Shown here piece by piece: positions 61,839 through 64,000 of a DNA stretch of 64,000 bases. The translations under genes and the position numbers were made by a program. Source of the stretch: Podarcis erhardii. Its lineage: Eukaryota. The notes below the pieces were generated by a model. It worked only from the letters and a program-made list of their open reading frames with translations. It was not told the origin of the DNA and searched no databases. The DNA is taken from assembly GCA_964252035.1 (NCBI GenBank), contig OZ176207.1; one strand, given 5' to 3'. Position 1 is the first letter of the stretch. Each line of letters opens with the position of its first letter.

Positions 61839-61908
61839 TATTATTATTATTTTATAATTTGTAGCCTGCCCCTCTGACTGCGATGCCTCAGCCACTCTGG
61901 GTGGCTTT
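61796..61908 (-). mobile_element. Very short L2 3' stub with long (AAT)n tail, inserted into the Academ relic
   Basis: CAGCCACTCTGGGTGGC motif plus about 18 TTA units on the plus strand; short AAAGC direct repeat at the flanks on the minus strand. Confidence 0.8.
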
Positions 61909-62389
61909 GTCTGTCTTTCTATGTAATCCTTCTGCTGTTGACAAACCTCATAGCATTGGATCCAAAGGATGAGAGAGGATATCAGCCATCTGCAGATCAT
62001 AGGCTTGTGCCATCAAAACAATGCTCCCAAATATTAAGACCAGGCAGACCCCCTCATTGAACTTCCCTCCTTGCTGAAATTCCAGTGCATGGCAAAGACA
62101 TTTTTATTTCAACATTTTTAAGTGTTCTTATGAAGTTATGGTTAATTTGAACTGATTTTCTGCTTTAAGCCTATTGTACACTCCTTAAAGACTGTGGCAT
62201 TAAAACAGTATTTCGAAGCTTTAACTTTTGTTTCACTTAATTAATTAAATTTCTGTCCTGTCCTTCTTCCCAAAGAAGCTACAAACAACAAAGTAGTAAA
62301 ACAATACAATTTAAATTTTATATAGATATATAGATATATCATTTTAAAAATAATTAGAAACATCTAAAAACATTTTAAAACAGTCACAA

Positions 62390-62466
62390 AACCTGGATTT
62401 CCACCTGGATTTTCCACTGCAGTATTCCGGCTATATCCGGGAAATTCCAAATGTATGGCAACCCTA
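62390..62466. mobile_element. Partial hAT MITE (one TGGCAACCCTA end)
   Basis: Same terminus as the 14546 element; other end not found. Confidence 0.55.
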
Positions 62467-62529
62467 TCATTAGGCTGCTCCAACTCACTAACCAAGCAGC
62501 TGCATTCTGCACTAGCTGTAGCTTCTGGG

Positions 62530-62660
62530 TTGTCTAAAAAGGTAGCCCCATATAGAGTGTTTTGCAACAGTCCAGAGCATGGACAACTGAGGTCAGGCTA
62601 TCACAGTCCATGAACAGCCACAGTTGTAGTTTACACAAATCAGGGCTGTGACCCAAATCT
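62530..62660 (-). mobile_element. L2 ORF2 fragment
   Basis: LTSVVHA..LDCCKTLYMGLPF resembles the L2 motif VHALVTSRLDYCNALY.GLP. Confidence 0.65.
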
Positions 62661-64000
62661 GCCCAAGTTGAATCAGGAGAATTTGGCAGGATCCAGACTA
62701 AATCAGCCCAGGTTGGCTCAGCCCAAGCAGAGTGATCTGGATACAGCACATCTTTCTTCCTTTGTTCTCCCCTCCTGAATTAAGGGCCCCTTTAGTGGGT
62801 GGACTCTCCATCCTTGAACAAAATTTCCTTCAGTTCATGGTACAAAAAGTATAATATTGTGCTGCTGGATGGGGTTTCTTATTTTGTATAAGACAGTGGA
62901 AGAAATGCAGAGAACAGACATAATGAATGCAAAAAGCTGTCTGAACTGCTCATTAAAATATGGTTTCAGATAATCTGTTCAAACTGGAAGGTGCAATATT
63001 TGAAACCAAGTTCTTCCCACTTGCTGGGCTCCATTCTGCTACAGTTTCTTGTTCCTTTTAATCTACATCTTGGGATCATTCTCAATGAAAAACAGTACGG
63101 ACAAGAGAAGTAAAGATTTTCTGCCCTTTTCAAATTTTTGTTCTTTTTATTTTTGCTTTCTTTTCTAATTACTAGGCTCCTATCTCTCTATGGCTTATCG
63201 CCCAGTTCTTCCATTGGCAACTTCTGAGACTTTTGTTTTATAATTTGTCTCTTCAGAATATGGCCGTGCACTTTTTCCTACCTGACAGAACTGGGCACTA
63301 ATTAAAGAGAGAGGGAGATAACCAAGGAGAGTGGAACATTATATGACATGATAGACAAACCCTAAAGTGGTGCCTTTAGGAAGTCCGCTATCAGTATTTT
63401 TCTTTTTTCCAGAACCAGGGATGCAGACAAACCAGCAAGCTACAGTGACTGGTGGAGGATGAATGCCTTGAAAAATACGACTTGTTGAGAACTTGTCATA
63501 TTTTGCTACAGTGGACCACTGGGATTCTCTCATCAATGTGTTATCTTTAGCCAGAGCTACTCAATAGTTTAAATATTAAAGGATGAACTGTCAGTATTCT
63601 CTATTTAAGACAAAGCCATAATGGACTAAGTGGGACATGGTTTAATAGAGTCTGCCTGCAGTCTGTTTTTTGTTTTTTTTTAATGACTTATTGATATTCC
63701 AGAGTTTCTTTAACTTCTGCCTGTGAAATTTGTAGAGCAGTCATGACTCCAGGATTAACCCTATGAAGCAGCTTTGGTTACATTACTTCCATGCCTGTTC
63801 TTTTCATTCATTATTTCAATGAACTTGAGATGCAATTGGCTGAATCCACATCCTTTCTGGTCATACTGATTTGCTCCTTTTTCAAGTTTTTTTGTTTTAT
63901 GAGGAACAAACATCAAGTCTAGGGTGCTTTCAGTTTAAGAATCATGCAGTTGTTTTAAACTTAATACCAGCTAGAATTAGATTGTATTTGCTCAATTAAT

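Larger units (their letters stand above)
60290..62030 (-). mobile_element. Decayed Academ-superfamily (AcademX-like) DNA transposon, C-terminal coding part, split by two L2 insertions
   Basis: Hand translation across stops and frameshifts gives, in order: DILSHPLDPML*GLSTAEGLHRKTDKA; VFDTYQAVSIKSCERSFRG; HEEGECR; AETYVLVMCL; LGRDACRALIRKHAHTG*DHASAFASKG; DLRYHMY; HAQCANYQAAIW; LLPCKCELSECVCMKNGL. This fits an XPG/FEN-like nuclease plus a Cys-rich tail. Confidence 0.75.

Noticed and set aside
53770-64000. A second host gene upstream of LAMA1
   Set aside because: All recognisable coding remnants are transposon-derived (L2, Academ); the remaining ORFs are short and lack domain or exon signals.
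1-64000. CRISPR array, rRNA or prokaryotic/viral systems
   Set aside because: No regularly spaced repeats or conserved RNA motifs; the window is vertebrate intron-exon sequence.

Overview
Vertebrate genomic DNA from a squamate reptile, probably a lacertid lizard (inferred from Sauria SINEs and lizard-type L2, hAT and Tc1 repeats). The window holds the 5' part of laminin subunit alpha-1 (LAMA1) on the minus strand. I mapped 32 consecutive coding exons by hand, from the ATG at 53232 down to 271: 4696 nt, 1565 codons plus 1 nt, open across every junction, with the gene continuing beyond position 1. They encode the signal peptide, LN, LEa, L4a, LEb, L4b and LEc domains. Exon 1 sits in a CpG island. 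Introns 2 and 3 both use GC donors, and the signal peptide starts with an unusual MGCCCCC. Introns and the ~10.7 kb upstream carry five Sauria SINEs, a 3' L1/Tx1 fragment, CR1 and L2 fragments, many hAT and Tc1/mariner MITEs, and short palindromic elements. The least expected feature is a decayed Academ-type (AcademX) DNA transposon at ~60290-62030. It shows XPG/FEN-like nuclease and Cys-rich C-terminal motifs and is split by two L2 insertions. No rRNA, tRNA gene, CRISPR array or second host gene was found. Family names and human/mouse comparisons come from recalled consensus sequences, not database searches.
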